Shown piece after piece: positions 12,538 to 23,102 of a DNA stretch of 64,000 nucleotides. The notes under the pieces are model-generated. The model was not told where the DNA came from, searched no databases, and saw only the letters and a program-made list of their open reading frames with translations. Source of the stretch: a virus (Duplodnaviria > Caudoviricetes); IMG/VR virus record IMGVR_UViG_3300010429_001696, positions 96,001 to 160,000 of that record. The stretch is one strand, 5' to 3'. Positions within the stretch are counted from its first letter, which is position 1. The number at the start of each line of letters is the position of its first letter. Both the position numbers and the translations under genes were made by a program.

Positions 12538-13110
12538 ACCTCCGAAATCATACACAGCATATTTCTTGTTTTTACTCGAATCAACATTTAATACGGCTGA
12601 TGTTGGCTCAGCAATAATTCTCAATACTTCAAGACCAGCAATTTCACCTGCTGTTTTTGTAGAAGCTCTTTCATCAGAATTGAAGTATGCTGGAACAGTA
12701 ATAACTGCCTTTTTAACTTCGTGACCGAGATAATCTTCGGCTGTTTTTTTCATTTTTTGAAGTATCATAGCCGATATTTCCTCGGGGGAATATACCCTAC
12801 CATCAACTTCCACAGCAGCTCTTCCTTTATTATCAACAATTTTATAAGGTCGTTTCAAATGTTTCACCTGATCATACGAACGGCCGATCAAACGTTTAAT
12901 ATTAAAAATTGTGTTTTGCGGATTTAAAGCAGCTTGTCGTTTAGCTGGCTCACCAACTTTAATGCCATCTTTTGTGAAAGCAACAATAGATGGAGTCGAC
13001 AGACCACCCTCACTATTTTGTATAACTTTCGCTGAATCAATTTCATAAACACTAACCGATGAGTAATAACTCCCCAAGTCAATGCCAATCACTACATCAT
13101 TTTCTTTCAT
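12538..13110 (-). CDS. dnaK: DnaK/Hsp70, exon 1
   Basis: [33 protein letters not shown], ends AVYDFGG at the splice site. Confidence 0.9.
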
Positions 13111-13229
13111 AATTATCCTTTCTTTTTTTATTTTTTCTTTATTTTAGTCAATAATTATGCCATATAAATAATATGACAAAGTGTCATAAAAACTATGACA
13201 TTTATAATAAAAAATAAAAAAAGTTTTAA

Positions 13230-14153
13230 TTAAAGTGGGGCGCCATAATATCGAATGCCTTTTTCTTTACAATATCTCATGAGTTCTTCCTCATATTCAC
13301 TAGAAAAATTATTATTCTTTGCATTTATGAAATTTAATTTAGGTAATTTTTTTATTTCATCTATATTTCTTAAGTTGTTATTATATAAAGTTAATGTATT
13401 TAGATTTTTTAGTTTTTCCACTCCCTTTATACTGGTTAACAAATTATCATGAGCATATAAAGATATGATTTCCTTTAAGTTTTCTATTCCATCAAGATTT
13501 CTTATAAAATTTTTCTCAACGTTAAGAGTTTTTAAATTGGTTAAATCTTTTACCTCTCCGAGTTCACCGAGGCTGTTATTTGATAACCAAAGATTTGTTA
13601 ATGATTTAACATATTTTATTCCTTCAACATCTTTTAGTCCTAAATTATTCAAATATAGATATGTTATTTCTCTTATTTTATCATCATCTCTTATTTTTTT
13701 ATCAGCTTTTATAATTTTTATTACATTGGTATCTGGTATAGCATCATCCATTTCATCTAATAATCTACTTGTTTCAGCAAAGTCGTCTTCTAGTTTCTTG
13801 GCTTTAAAAACATTTAAAGTATAAGAGTCAAGATTCTTTTCAGCATTGAATATATAAGAATGTCCGCTTTCTAGATCCCTTATTATTAGACTATCATTTT
13901 CAATTTTTTTCCCATCATATTCTCCATTTTTTAAAACGCCATATACAACAATGCTGTTGAATTTTTGAAAAACATTTCCAGAGTGCATTAACACGATATG
14001 ATATTTGCCCAAATTTCTCAAATGAGCATTTAAATATAGAGCAGTTGTTTTAACATCATTATTGTTTATTTTTAAAGAACCTCCAAGATTAAATAGATCT
14101 CTATCTGAATAATTATTTTCATTAACATTTTTATAAGATTTTAAATATTTCAT
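13230..14153 (-). CDS. protein with C-terminal leucine-rich repeats
   Basis: About six 22-aa LRRs and NNFSSEYEEELMRYCKEKGI cap similar to the other LRR genes; MKYLKSYKNVNE leader. Confidence 0.8.
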   Translation of the reverse strand: MKYLKSYKNVNENNYSDRDLFNLGGSLKINNNDVKTTALYLNAHLRNLGKYHIVLMHSGNVFQKFNSIVVYGVLKNGEYDGKKIENDSLIIRDLESGHSYIFNAEKNLDSYTLNVFKAKKLEDDFAETSRLLDEMDDAIPDTNVIKIIKADKKIRDDDKIREITYLYLNNLGLKDVEGIKYVKSLTNLWLSNNSLGELGEVKDLTNLKTLNVEKNFIRNLDGIENLKEIISLYAHDNLLTSIKGVEKLKNLNTLTLYNNNLRNIDEIKKLPKLNFINAKNNNFSSEYEEELMRYCKEKGIRYYGAPL

Positions 14154-14282
14154 GTCTTTATATATAAAAAAATATTTTCACATTTATATATAAAAAAATA
14201 TTTAAAACAAATTGATTATTTTGAATATATAAAAAATCGACATTATAAGGATATCATATCCTAAAAATGAATAACTTGTAAA

Positions 14283-15092
14283 ATGCTAGAAAACAAAAGA
14301 ATTAATGAAATTAGAGAAGAATATTATGAAGAAGAAAACTTAGAGAAAAATGAAAAAGAATATGTTAAATTAGTAGAAGAAGATGTTTATATTATTAATG
14401 AAGATGAATTTAGTGATGTCTTATTGGAAGACGAATTAGATGAAGGAGGAGATGATGCGAATGTTTGTGATAAAATAGACGATTCAGATGAAAAAATAGT
14501 TAGTAATATAAATCAAGATGAATCAGAAAGCGATCTAGATGTATATTTTAAATTTGGAACAAACAATCACAAATTAGAAGGGAAACATTCATTAAAAAGA
14601 GACACTATTTTAAATGGTAAAATAGATGAATCGCCAATAGAAGGCGATGAAATTCAGTATATACAGAAGACATATTATGATAGTGCTGGTAATAATATTG
14701 ACGCTGATTATGATTATGGAGGATATGACACATTATCCATTGAAAAAGGAAGTATATTCGAAGATGAGAGCCGAAGAGGCGAAGATATGCTAAACAAAAG
14801 AAAATTATCCCAAGAAGTATACGATCTTTTAAAAAACAATACAGATTTGGATTTTAATGCTAATCGTAGAAAGCCAAATAAAGAAGCTTTTAATTCTTAT
14901 TATAGAATGTTGATTAATAACATAAATAAACAATATTCAAAATGTGATATATTTGTCGAACTTTCATACTATTTCACAGATAACACCTTTAATATGTATA
15001 AACTTTTGGATAAAAAATATGCTACTGAAATAATAATGGAGCTAAGAGAAAAGGGATATTTGAAAAATCTGGATCTAATAAATTTTATGTAA
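14283..15092 (+). CDS. acidic hypothetical protein
   Basis: 269 aa ORF, D/E-rich N-half. Confidence 0.6.
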   Translation: MLENKRINEIREEYYEEENLEKNEKEYVKLVEEDVYIINEDEFSDVLLEDELDEGGDDANVCDKIDDSDEKIVSNINQDESESDLDVYFKFGTNNHKLEGKHSLKRDTILNGKIDESPIEGDEIQYIQKTYYDSAGNNIDADYDYGGYDTLSIEKGSIFEDESRRGEDMLNKRKLSQEVYDLLKNNTDLDFNANRRKPNKEAFNSYYRMLINNINKQYSKCDIFVELSYYFTDNTFNMYKLLDKKYATEIIMELREKGYLKNLDLINFM

Positions 15093-15093
15093 A

Positions 15094-16182
15094 ATGAATA
15101 AAAATGAAACTTTTATAAAAAAAGCTGTTGATATACATGGAGATAAATATGATTATAGTGAAGTCAATTATATCAATAATAAATTTGAAGTAAAAATAAT
15201 TTGTAAAATACATGGTGTTTTTAAACAAAAACCAGTAAATCATATCTATTTTAAATGCGGATGCCCTATTTGCGCTGGGAATAAAAAAACAGATGTGAAC
15301 TCTTTCATAAAGAAATGCAATGATTTGTATCAAAACAAATATGATTATTCAAAAATTGATTACAAAAACATGAATACAAAAATAATAATAATATGTCCTA
15401 TTCATGGGGAGTTTAAACAAACTCCAGCTAATCATCTAAAACATGAATGTAGAAAATGTTCATTCGATAAAGAAAGAAAAAATTTTAATGAAATTTTAAT
15501 AAAATTTAAAAAAATTCATGGAGATATTTACGACTATAGTAAATCGCAATATAATGGAATGAATAAAAAAATATCTATTATATGTAAAAAACATGGGGTC
15601 TTTGAACAAACCCCATCAAATCACATGAAGAAAAAAGGATGTCCAAGATGTTCTCCAAATAGTAAAAAAAGTTATGATGAAATATTGAACAAACTCAACA
15701 GATTACACGAAAATAAATATTTTTATGAACATGATATGCCAAAAACATCAAATAAAATAAAGATTATGTGTAAAAAACATGGAGAATTTTATCAAACTTT
15801 AAATAATCATTTGGATGGACATGGGTGCCCATTTTGTAATGATAGTAATCAAGAAAAAAAAATTAATGATTTTTTATTATCAAATAATATTAAAGTTGTT
15901 AGACAAAAAAAATTTATAGATTGCGTTGATAAAAAAAATTTGCCTTTTGATTTTTTCTTACCAGAATTAAACGTGTGTATAGAATACGATGGCGAACATC
16001 ATTTTAAAGAAATAGAAAAATGGGGAGGAAAAAATAGTTTATCTATTATTCAATATCATGATAAAATTAAAAATGAATATTGCTTAAAAAATAAAATAAG
16101 TTTGTATAGAATATCTTATATGGATAATATCATTGATAGATTAAAAGAAATAATGAATGAAAACAATTTAAATAGAATTTAA
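15094..16182 (+). CDS. putative homing endonuclease, DUF723-like repeats plus PD-(D/E)XK
   Basis: Four zinc-ribbon repeats, LPFDFFLP...IEYDGEHH; free-standing directly upstream of the RNR gene. Confidence 0.8.
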   Translation: MNKNETFIKKAVDIHGDKYDYSEVNYINNKFEVKIICKIHGVFKQKPVNHIYFKCGCPICAGNKKTDVNSFIKKCNDLYQNKYDYSKIDYKNMNTKIIIICPIHGEFKQTPANHLKHECRKCSFDKERKNFNEILIKFKKIHGDIYDYSKSQYNGMNKKISIICKKHGVFEQTPSNHMKKKGCPRCSPNSKKSYDEILNKLNRLHENKYFYEHDMPKTSNKIKIMCKKHGEFYQTLNNHLDGHGCPFCNDSNQEKKINDFLLSNNIKVVRQKKFIDCVDKKNLPFDFFLPELNVCIEYDGEHHFKEIEKWGGKNSLSIIQYHDKIKNEYCLKNKISLYRISYMDNIIDRLKEIMNENNLNRI

Positions 16183-16249
16183 AAAATCAAATAATTTTAA
16201 ACAATTTGTAAGATTATCATTATAAATTGATAAAAAATAACGACAATAA

Positions 16250-18781
16250 ATGGGACAATTTAATAATGAACTTAGTTATGAAGTATATAGAACTACTTAT
16301 AGATTTGGAGAAGAAAAAGAACTAGAAGAAACACAACTTAGGGTAGCTGAAAATATTTCTTCTGTGGAGGAAAACAAGGAATACTGGAAAGAAAAATTCA
16401 TGGATATATTAAAAGATTTCAAATTTGTACCAGGGGGTAGGATATTATCTAATGCTGGAACGAAGTTAAAGGGAACGACATTAATCAATTGTTTTGTCGA
16501 TGGTTTCGCTGGTGAAGATAAAGATTCAATGGAGGGAATAATGAATGCTCTAAGAAGGCAAGCTATGATTTTGAAATCAGAGGGAGGATATGGTTTTTGC
16601 GCTGACGTAATGAGGCCACGCGGCGGTTATATAGAAGGAATAGCAAACGAAAGTCCAGGTGCAGTAGAAATGCTCAGCATGTGGAACACCCAATCTTCAG
16701 TTATAACAGCTGGAAGTGGGAAAAAAGTAGATACAAAAAAATCAAAAGAAAAAATAAGAAAAGGAGCTCAGATGGTAACAATGAGTTGTTGGCATCCAGA
16801 CATAGAAGAATTTGTTACAGCCAAACAAACGCCCGGTAGATTAGATAAATTTAATATGAGCGTTCTGATAACAAATGAATTTATGGAAGCTGTAGAGAAA
16901 AATGAAAAATGGGATATGATATTTCCAGATTTTGAATTTGACAAAAATTTCTATGAAAAAGAATGGGATGGAAATATAAAAAGGTGGATATCGATTGGCG
17001 GTAAAACGAAAGTCTATAAATCATATGATAATGCTAATGAATTGTGGGATCTTATAATGAATTCAACATACAACAGAAATGAGCCAGGCGTTATTTTCAT
17101 AGATATAGTGAATTATTTAAATAATTTATATTATGTTGAATATATCAGTAGTTCGAATCCATGTGGTGAACAGTTCCTGCCAATAGGTGGAGTGTGTCTT
17201 TTGGGTTCTTTGAACTTAACACAATTCATAAATAAAGAAAGAACAAATTGGGATTATAATAAATTGAAAGATGTCATACCAATAGCTGTTAGATTCATGG
17301 ACAATGTGAATGATATAACTTATGTTCCACTAGAAGAACAAAAACAGAATCTCATTCAAAAAAGAAGAATAGGGTTGGGTATAATGGGATATGGATCAGC
17401 TCTTATGATGATGAAAAAAAGATATGGCAGCGAAGATTCTTTAAAAATAACAGATGAATTGATGAATTTCATATCTAACACGGCATATCAATCGTCAGCT
17501 TTTTTGGCTAAAGAAAAAGGAAGTTTTTTATTATATGATGAGAAAAAATATTTAAATGGAAATTTTATAAAAGGTCTGTCTGTTGAGACACAAGATATTA
17601 TCAAAAAAAATGGTATAAGAAATTCACATTTGTTATCAGTTCAGCCAACAGGAAATAGTTCTATTTTGTCAAATAATGTGAGCGGCGGGCTAGAACCAAT
17701 TTTCATGTTCGAGTATATTAGGACTGTTATACAACCATATCCACCAGATGGATTAATTTTACCAAAAAATATAGATTTTGAGAACAGAACATGTGAAGAA
17801 AATTCTCAAAATTGGGAATGGATAAAAGAAGGAGATGATAATTTAATGAGAAAAATTTTTAATGGGGTAATTTATAAAATAGACAAAGGTCGCGGATTAC
17901 TTAAAGAAAATGAAGTTGTGGATTATGGAGTGAAGTTTTTAGAAGAATTGGAAGAATGGGATCCAAAATCTGATTATGCTGTCAATATAGGCAATTTGAA
18001 AATAGAAGACCATATAAACACAATGAAAGTTATATCCAAATACATAGACTCGGCCATGTCGAAAACTATAAACATAACAAATGATTATCCATATGAAGAT
18101 TTTAAAAGAGTATATAAAGATCTCTATCATAGTAAGACAATAAAAGGTTGTACAACATACAGGGCTGGCACAATGGCGACAGTTCTAAAAGACAAAAAAG
18201 AGGATAAGAAAATCGAAAATCCATATAATGATAATGCGCCAAAACGCCCAAAAAATCTTCATTGTGATGTTGTTAGATTCACAAACAAAGGAGATAAATG
18301 GATAGGTTTTGTTGGATTATTGAAAACCAGCGATGATGATCCTAGACCATATGAGATATTTACAGGATTACAAGATTCTTTCCCTGTCCCAAATTATGTA
18401 GAAAATGGCGATATATTGAAGAGCAAAATAGATGGAATATCTAGATATGATTTCATATATAAAGACAAAGATGGATATCCTGTTATAATGACTGGATTGA
18501 ATAGAGCTTTTGATAGAGAGTTATGGAACTACGGCAAAATGATAAGTGGAGTGTTACGTCATCGTATGCCAATTAAAAATGTTGTCGATCTAATTGATAG
18601 TTTGAAATTTACAGAAGATAATATTGTTACTTGGAAGGCTGGGGTTAAAAGAATGTTGAAAAAATATTTAAAAGCCGAGGCATCCAGTGATAGGTGCCCA
18701 AATTGCGGCAGCACGAATTATGTTCACGAAGCCGGGTGTGATATATGCAAGGATTGCTCGTTTAGCTCGAAATGTAGTTAA
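16250..18781 (+). CDS. nrdJ: class II (adenosylcobalamin-dependent) ribonucleotide reductase
   Basis: PGGRIL, LINC, SNPCGEQ, CLLGSLNL, QPTG, SKTIN, C-terminal TSCPD-like and zinc-ribbon region; no adjacent small subunit. Confidence 0.9.
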   Translation: MGQFNNELSYEVYRTTYRFGEEKELEETQLRVAENISSVEENKEYWKEKFMDILKDFKFVPGGRILSNAGTKLKGTTLINCFVDGFAGEDKDSMEGIMNALRRQAMILKSEGGYGFCADVMRPRGGYIEGIANESPGAVEMLSMWNTQSSVITAGSGKKVDTKKSKEKIRKGAQMVTMSCWHPDIEEFVTAKQTPGRLDKFNMSVLITNEFMEAVEKNEKWDMIFPDFEFDKNFYEKEWDGNIKRWISIGGKTKVYKSYDNANELWDLIMNSTYNRNEPGVIFIDIVNYLNNLYYVEYISSSNPCGEQFLPIGGVCLLGSLNLTQFINKERTNWDYNKLKDVIPIAVRFMDNVNDITYVPLEEQKQNLIQKRRIGLGIMGYGSALMMMKKRYGSEDSLKITDELMNFISNTAYQSSAFLAKEKGSFLLYDEKKYLNGNFIKGLSVETQDIIKKNGIRNSHLLSVQPTGNSSILSNNVSGGLEPIFMFEYIRTVIQPYPPDGLILPKNIDFENRTCEENSQNWEWIKEGDDNLMRKIFNGVIYKIDKGRGLLKENEVVDYGVKFLEELEEWDPKSDYAVNIGNLKIEDHINTMKVISKYIDSAMSKTINITNDYPYEDFKRVYKDLYHSKTIKGCTTYRAGTMATVLKDKKEDKKIENPYNDNAPKRPKNLHCDVVRFTNKGDKWIGFVGLLKTSDDDPRPYEIFTGLQDSFPVPNYVENGDILKSKIDGISRYDFIYKDKDGYPVIMTGLNRAFDRELWNYGKMISGVLRHRMPIKNVVDLIDSLKFTEDNIVTWKAGVKRMLKKYLKAEASSDRCPNCGSTNYVHEAGCDICKDCSFSSKCS

Positions 18782-18819
18782 TTTATTGATTTACAACAAT
18801 TTATAAAAAAATATAAAAT

Positions 18820-19530
18820 ATGATAAAATACGAAGATATCAATGATGTGGACAGTTTATCGTCCATGTTGGCAACTAGATCTACGGAACATGAAAACTTT
18901 TCTATTGCATTTCTGGATTACCATGTAATGCCAAACGCAGAAAACTCAAATGAAAATCTTCAAACAATGGGAGTAGAACTTCAAACAAAACACGCGGAAT
19001 TAGCAAAAGAACTAGATGTTGATTCAATTAAAAAAGATTTTTTGAATGAAATAGATAAATTATTTAGCGAAAATGAAATAATCAATATAGATTTGAAGGA
19101 TAAAGAATTTTCTCAAGCTCGAAGATCACTCATTTCCAAACTTCTTTTAGCATCGAATAAAATAGCTATTAATGGTAGAATTGGTCCAGGTCAATATATA
19201 ATTATATCTGAAAGATTTTATAACACCTTTAAATTATCAGAGCTCGATAAATTAGAAGATGCGGAAAAAGAGAAAAAGGTATATCTAGAACATATGGAAG
19301 AAGACCCTTGGGGAGAAGAAAATTGGGAGACTCCACAAATTACAAAAAATGAAGATTCAAAATTATTTAACTTTATAACAGCTGATGTTGGAAATAAAAT
19401 ATATTTATATAGAAAAAATCAAATAGGACAACCAGGTTTGTGTTTGGTTTACAATGAAAATAAATATGAATTAATGAGTATTGGATTTCATCCAGAAAAT
19501 CAATTTGCTCAATTAGAAATTACAGAATAA
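18820..19530 (+). CDS. hypothetical protein with gp23-like capsid segment and internal DPWGEENW tag
   Basis: LISKLLLASNKIAINGRIGPGQYIIIS resembles the T4 gp23 segment IARQTGRGEGNFIIAS. Confidence 0.45.
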   Translation: MIKYEDINDVDSLSSMLATRSTEHENFSIAFLDYHVMPNAENSNENLQTMGVELQTKHAELAKELDVDSIKKDFLNEIDKLFSENEIINIDLKDKEFSQARRSLISKLLLASNKIAINGRIGPGQYIIISERFYNTFKLSELDKLEDAEKEKKVYLEHMEEDPWGEENWETPQITKNEDSKLFNFITADVGNKIYLYRKNQIGQPGLCLVYNENKYELMSIGFHPENQFAQLEITE

Positions 19531-19535
19531 TTAGT

Positions 19536-22481
19536 TTATTCTGTGTGTCTCCCTAAGACATTGGGTATAAATTTTATATTTTTATCATGTTTGAGAATAT
19601 TATTTTCACATATTTTAATAAACTCATAATCATGTCCAACATAATCATACCAAATAGCATTCTTTGTGTAATATTTATTCACAGCAATATTTAATGTGTC
19701 TATTTTACCAAGTATTATTTTATCTTCATCTGGCATCGGTTTATCTAATCCATCATAATCAATTTTAAAGATTATCATTCCGACACCATCATCAATATTA
19801 TTGTGAATTATTTCCAAGCAGTCTGGATATAAATAATTATCATCATCTAGAAAAATAATATACTTTCCAGCGCTATATCTCTTTAAAAAATTTCTTTGTG
19901 TTGAGCCATAATCATTTGTAGTTTCAGTATATTGATATATCAATTTGTTTGTGTCATATTCTTTTATTATATTTTTAACTACTTCATCTGGTCCATCAGA
20001 ACACACAACCATTTCAAAATTTTTATACGTTTGATTTAACACAGATTCTATTGCTCTTTTTAATAGGTCGTGACGGTTATATGTCGAAGTCAATATGCTG
20101 AAAAATGGATTATCATCATTGTCATCTTCTTTATTTATTTTTAAAATAATATCTCTATCGCTTTTTTTGTCTAGTTGATATCCTTTGTTTATCAAATAAG
20201 GAATAAGTCTTTTTGTTTTGCCATCATCATTTTCAGTGTTTTTGATATGAATTATTTTTTCACCATTAACATAAGGCAATTCATTATCTCGGGCCATAAA
20301 ATTTTCTAATTGTAAAAGTTGTTTTATTTTTAGAATCTCTAAATTCTGCTCGTTTATAGAATCATCTATTTCCAATGAATATTTTGTGAAATTATTTAGA
20401 TCTACATACCATGTTCCACAAGATTCTGATAATGAATTATCTAGCTTTATATTTTCGAAACCAAAAAATTCATCCACAGCCTTTTTTACATCTGGATAAA
20501 CATAATAATCGTGTCCAGCTATTATACCAGTTTTTTTAACCTTTGGAAACCAATTTTTTATATCATTTATAACAGAGTTGTAATCATGTCCAGCGTCTAT
20601 AAAAACAAAATCCAATGTCTCATCTTCATATTTTTTATATGCCATATTTGAATTTTCTTTTATTGGATTAATGTATCTTTTAACAATTGATAAATTTTTT
20701 AAAAAGATTTCATATGGATCTCCATCTATTTTATAAGCATCTTCATCTATAAAATCCTTTGATCCTTCCCAAGTATCTATTATATCAAATTGTATATCTT
20801 TACCAGAATTTATAATTTCAACTGTCATATAAGATGATGATTTGCCGAGCCATGCGCCAATTTCAATAAAATGCGAACCGCTAGAAAATTTATTCACTAT
20901 TGAAGAATAAAATTCTTTAAAATCAAACCACCCATCAATTGTTTCATAAAAATGTTTCATTTTCAAAACTTGAATAGAATTTTTATATTTTTCTTCATAT
21001 TCTTCTTTTGTGGTTTTACTAAAAGGTATCCAATGATCCCCAGCCTTGTGCTCTATATTCCACTGACTTCTTCTACTATCAAGAAATTTGCATCGACTTG
21101 TCAAATAATTGTGTGACATCCATTTATAATGTAACATAAATAATTCATAATCATCACTATATTTAATATAACCTGTTGGAGAGCAATCATGTCCACCAAA
21201 ATCATAATTAATCTCATTTATTTGTGGATCAAAAATTATTTTTTTGCCCATCCACACATTATCAGAAAATCCGCGATTAACAATATCTGGAAGATATTTT
21301 CCTGGAGAAAATGTTGGAAAATCCAATGATATCATTTCATAACCTTTTGTTCTCGGTATGTTTATGTTATTGTTTTTATATTCATATAATAAATTATGTA
21401 TATTTGGATGATATAAAAATTCATCTATATCACAAACTATAACCCAGTCATATTCGTTTTTATATTTTTTCCAGCAATTATTTTTTGTTTGCCTAAGATA
21501 AACATCATTTTGCCCTTCTTGTTTTTCAATGATCAAATCCACTTGTGGATATTTTTTTATTATTTCGTGTGTCTTATCTGTGCTACCACCATCATATATT
21601 ACAATTTTATCGACCTTTAAGAAGTTTATATAATAATCCAAATAAAAAGGCATCATTTCTTCTTCGTTATAACAAACGGAAAAAACACATATTTTTTGGG
21701 ATTTATCATTATAGTCGATTATTTTTATTCCATCATAATATATGTCGTTCCAATTCATATTCCAACCATCCCCGAACCATTGACTAGGGAAGCAAACAAT
21801 TTTATTTTCATTTTTATTTAACCAACTTCCCCACCATGAAAAACTCGAGTTCGTTACTATATTATGATCACAATAACTCATTAAAAACAAATCTTCTATT
21901 TCATTTTGGCCTTCTACAAAATGACATCTATCATCTTTAAAATTGTCTTTGCACCACAAAATATCATCTGAAAAGACAAGTATATTTTCTATTTTATAAA
22001 ACGATTCAATGTATTTTAAAGATTTTTTGAAATAATATAAAGGTGGACACGGGTGGAATGATTGATTATCTAAATAATCACCTCTTCTCACATGTATTGA
22101 AACACTATTCATTAACTGTTCTTTCCATCTTTGTTTCAGGTCATTTTCATATTCTTCTTTTAAAGTGAAAATTTTTCTTATTTTGTCCTTATTATTTGAA
22201 AAATATTTTTCTGATTGAAAATAATCATTCAAATTCATACCTTCAGTATATGGTATTTTTTTATATTCAAATTGTGGTTGAGAATGTTCGACTGTGATAT
22301 TAAAAAATCTTTTGTCATTTGTTAATATTCCTCCATTTTTTAAATATTTGTTATATTTCCAAGGAGGGAAAAGGGCAATATCATTGTTATCGATAGCTAG
22401 AGATATTGTAGTGGCTATTTCAAATAATTGATTTGCAAGCATTCCATGTCCTTCTTCGCCAAGATTTTTATAATATATCAT
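19536..22481 (-). CDS. multidomain glycosyltransferase: GT11 alpha-1,2-fucosyltransferase, GT2-like, class I SAM methyltransferase, GT2
   Basis: G.LANQLF, HVRRGDY, NSSFSWWG (GT11); VCDIDEF; EIGAWLGKS..FIDAGHDY..GHDY; TSTYNR..FLDDD. Confidence 0.85.
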   Translation of the reverse strand: MIYYKNLGEEGHGMLANQLFEIATTISLAIDNNDIALFPPWKYNKYLKNGGILTNDKRFFNITVEHSQPQFEYKKIPYTEGMNLNDYFQSEKYFSNNKDKIRKIFTLKEEYENDLKQRWKEQLMNSVSIHVRRGDYLDNQSFHPCPPLYYFKKSLKYIESFYKIENILVFSDDILWCKDNFKDDRCHFVEGQNEIEDLFLMSYCDHNIVTNSSFSWWGSWLNKNENKIVCFPSQWFGDGWNMNWNDIYYDGIKIIDYNDKSQKICVFSVCYNEEEMMPFYLDYYINFLKVDKIVIYDGGSTDKTHEIIKKYPQVDLIIEKQEGQNDVYLRQTKNNCWKKYKNEYDWVIVCDIDEFLYHPNIHNLLYEYKNNNINIPRTKGYEMISLDFPTFSPGKYLPDIVNRGFSDNVWMGKKIIFDPQINEINYDFGGHDCSPTGYIKYSDDYELFMLHYKWMSHNYLTSRCKFLDSRRSQWNIEHKAGDHWIPFSKTTKEEYEEKYKNSIQVLKMKHFYETIDGWFDFKEFYSSIVNKFSSGSHFIEIGAWLGKSSSYMTVEIINSGKDIQFDIIDTWEGSKDFIDEDAYKIDGDPYEIFLKNLSIVKRYINPIKENSNMAYKKYEDETLDFVFIDAGHDYNSVINDIKNWFPKVKKTGIIAGHDYYVYPDVKKAVDEFFGFENIKLDNSLSESCGTWYVDLNNFTKYSLEIDDSINEQNLEILKIKQLLQLENFMARDNELPYVNGEKIIHIKNTENDDGKTKRLIPYLINKGYQLDKKSDRDIILKINKEDDNDDNPFFSILTSTYNRHDLLKRAIESVLNQTYKNFEMVVCSDGPDEVVKNIIKEYDTNKLIYQYTETTNDYGSTQRNFLKRYSAGKYIIFLDDDNYLYPDCLEIIHNNIDDGVGMIIFKIDYDGLDKPMPDEDKIILGKIDTLNIAVNKYYTKNAIWYDYVGHDYEFIKICENNILKHDKNIKFIPNVLGRHTE

Positions 22482-22490
22482 TTATTCTTT

Positions 22491-23093
22491 TTATTTTTCA
22501 ATGTGCCAAACATGGTCGCCATCATATATAACTTTTTTATTTATATTTTTAGCAAATAAATCGACTTCTTCTGTTACCTCGGGAAGACCTGAATGATTAT
22601 AATCGTGTCCACTTATGATGCCGCCAATTTTTATAACATTCCACCAATTATTTAAGTCTTTTCTTATATACTCTCTACTATGATTCCCATCGATATAAAC
22701 AAAATCAATATTATTATCCAAAAAGTTTTTAAAGGATTTCTCCGAAACATCTCTTATATGAGTATATCTATCGCCATATATCGATAGCTTGTTTAAAACA
22801 TAACTATAAAGTTCGTCAAAATAATCTTGATCCTTGCCGTTAACATCAATAGAAAAATGTTGTCTATTCCAATCATTCTTATAATCATCATATAAAAAAT
22901 ATGGATCTATTCCATATAGTTTATCTATTTTTGTATTATTTAAAATATATCCACAATGATCACCAAAGGCGACTCCTATCTCGACTCCCGTTTTATAATT
23001 TCTATCATTTATAATGGACGATAAATATTTATAACTGTTCCTCCATCCGCCAAGTGCATAATCATTATCTCTTTTTATAGTATCTTCGGACAT
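22491..23093 (-). CDS. class I SAM-dependent methyltransferase (Methyltransf_24-like)
   Basis: VEIGVAFG, DFVYIDGNH, GHDY. Confidence 0.8.
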   Translation of the reverse strand: MSEDTIKRDNDYALGGWRNSYKYLSSIINDRNYKTGVEIGVAFGDHCGYILNNTKIDKLYGIDPYFLYDDYKNDWNRQHFSIDVNGKDQDYFDELYSYVLNKLSIYGDRYTHIRDVSEKSFKNFLDNNIDFVYIDGNHSREYIRKDLNNWWNVIKIGGIISGHDYNHSGLPEVTEEVDLFAKNINKKVIYDGDHVWHIEK

Positions 23094-23102
23094 AACTTTT
23101 CA

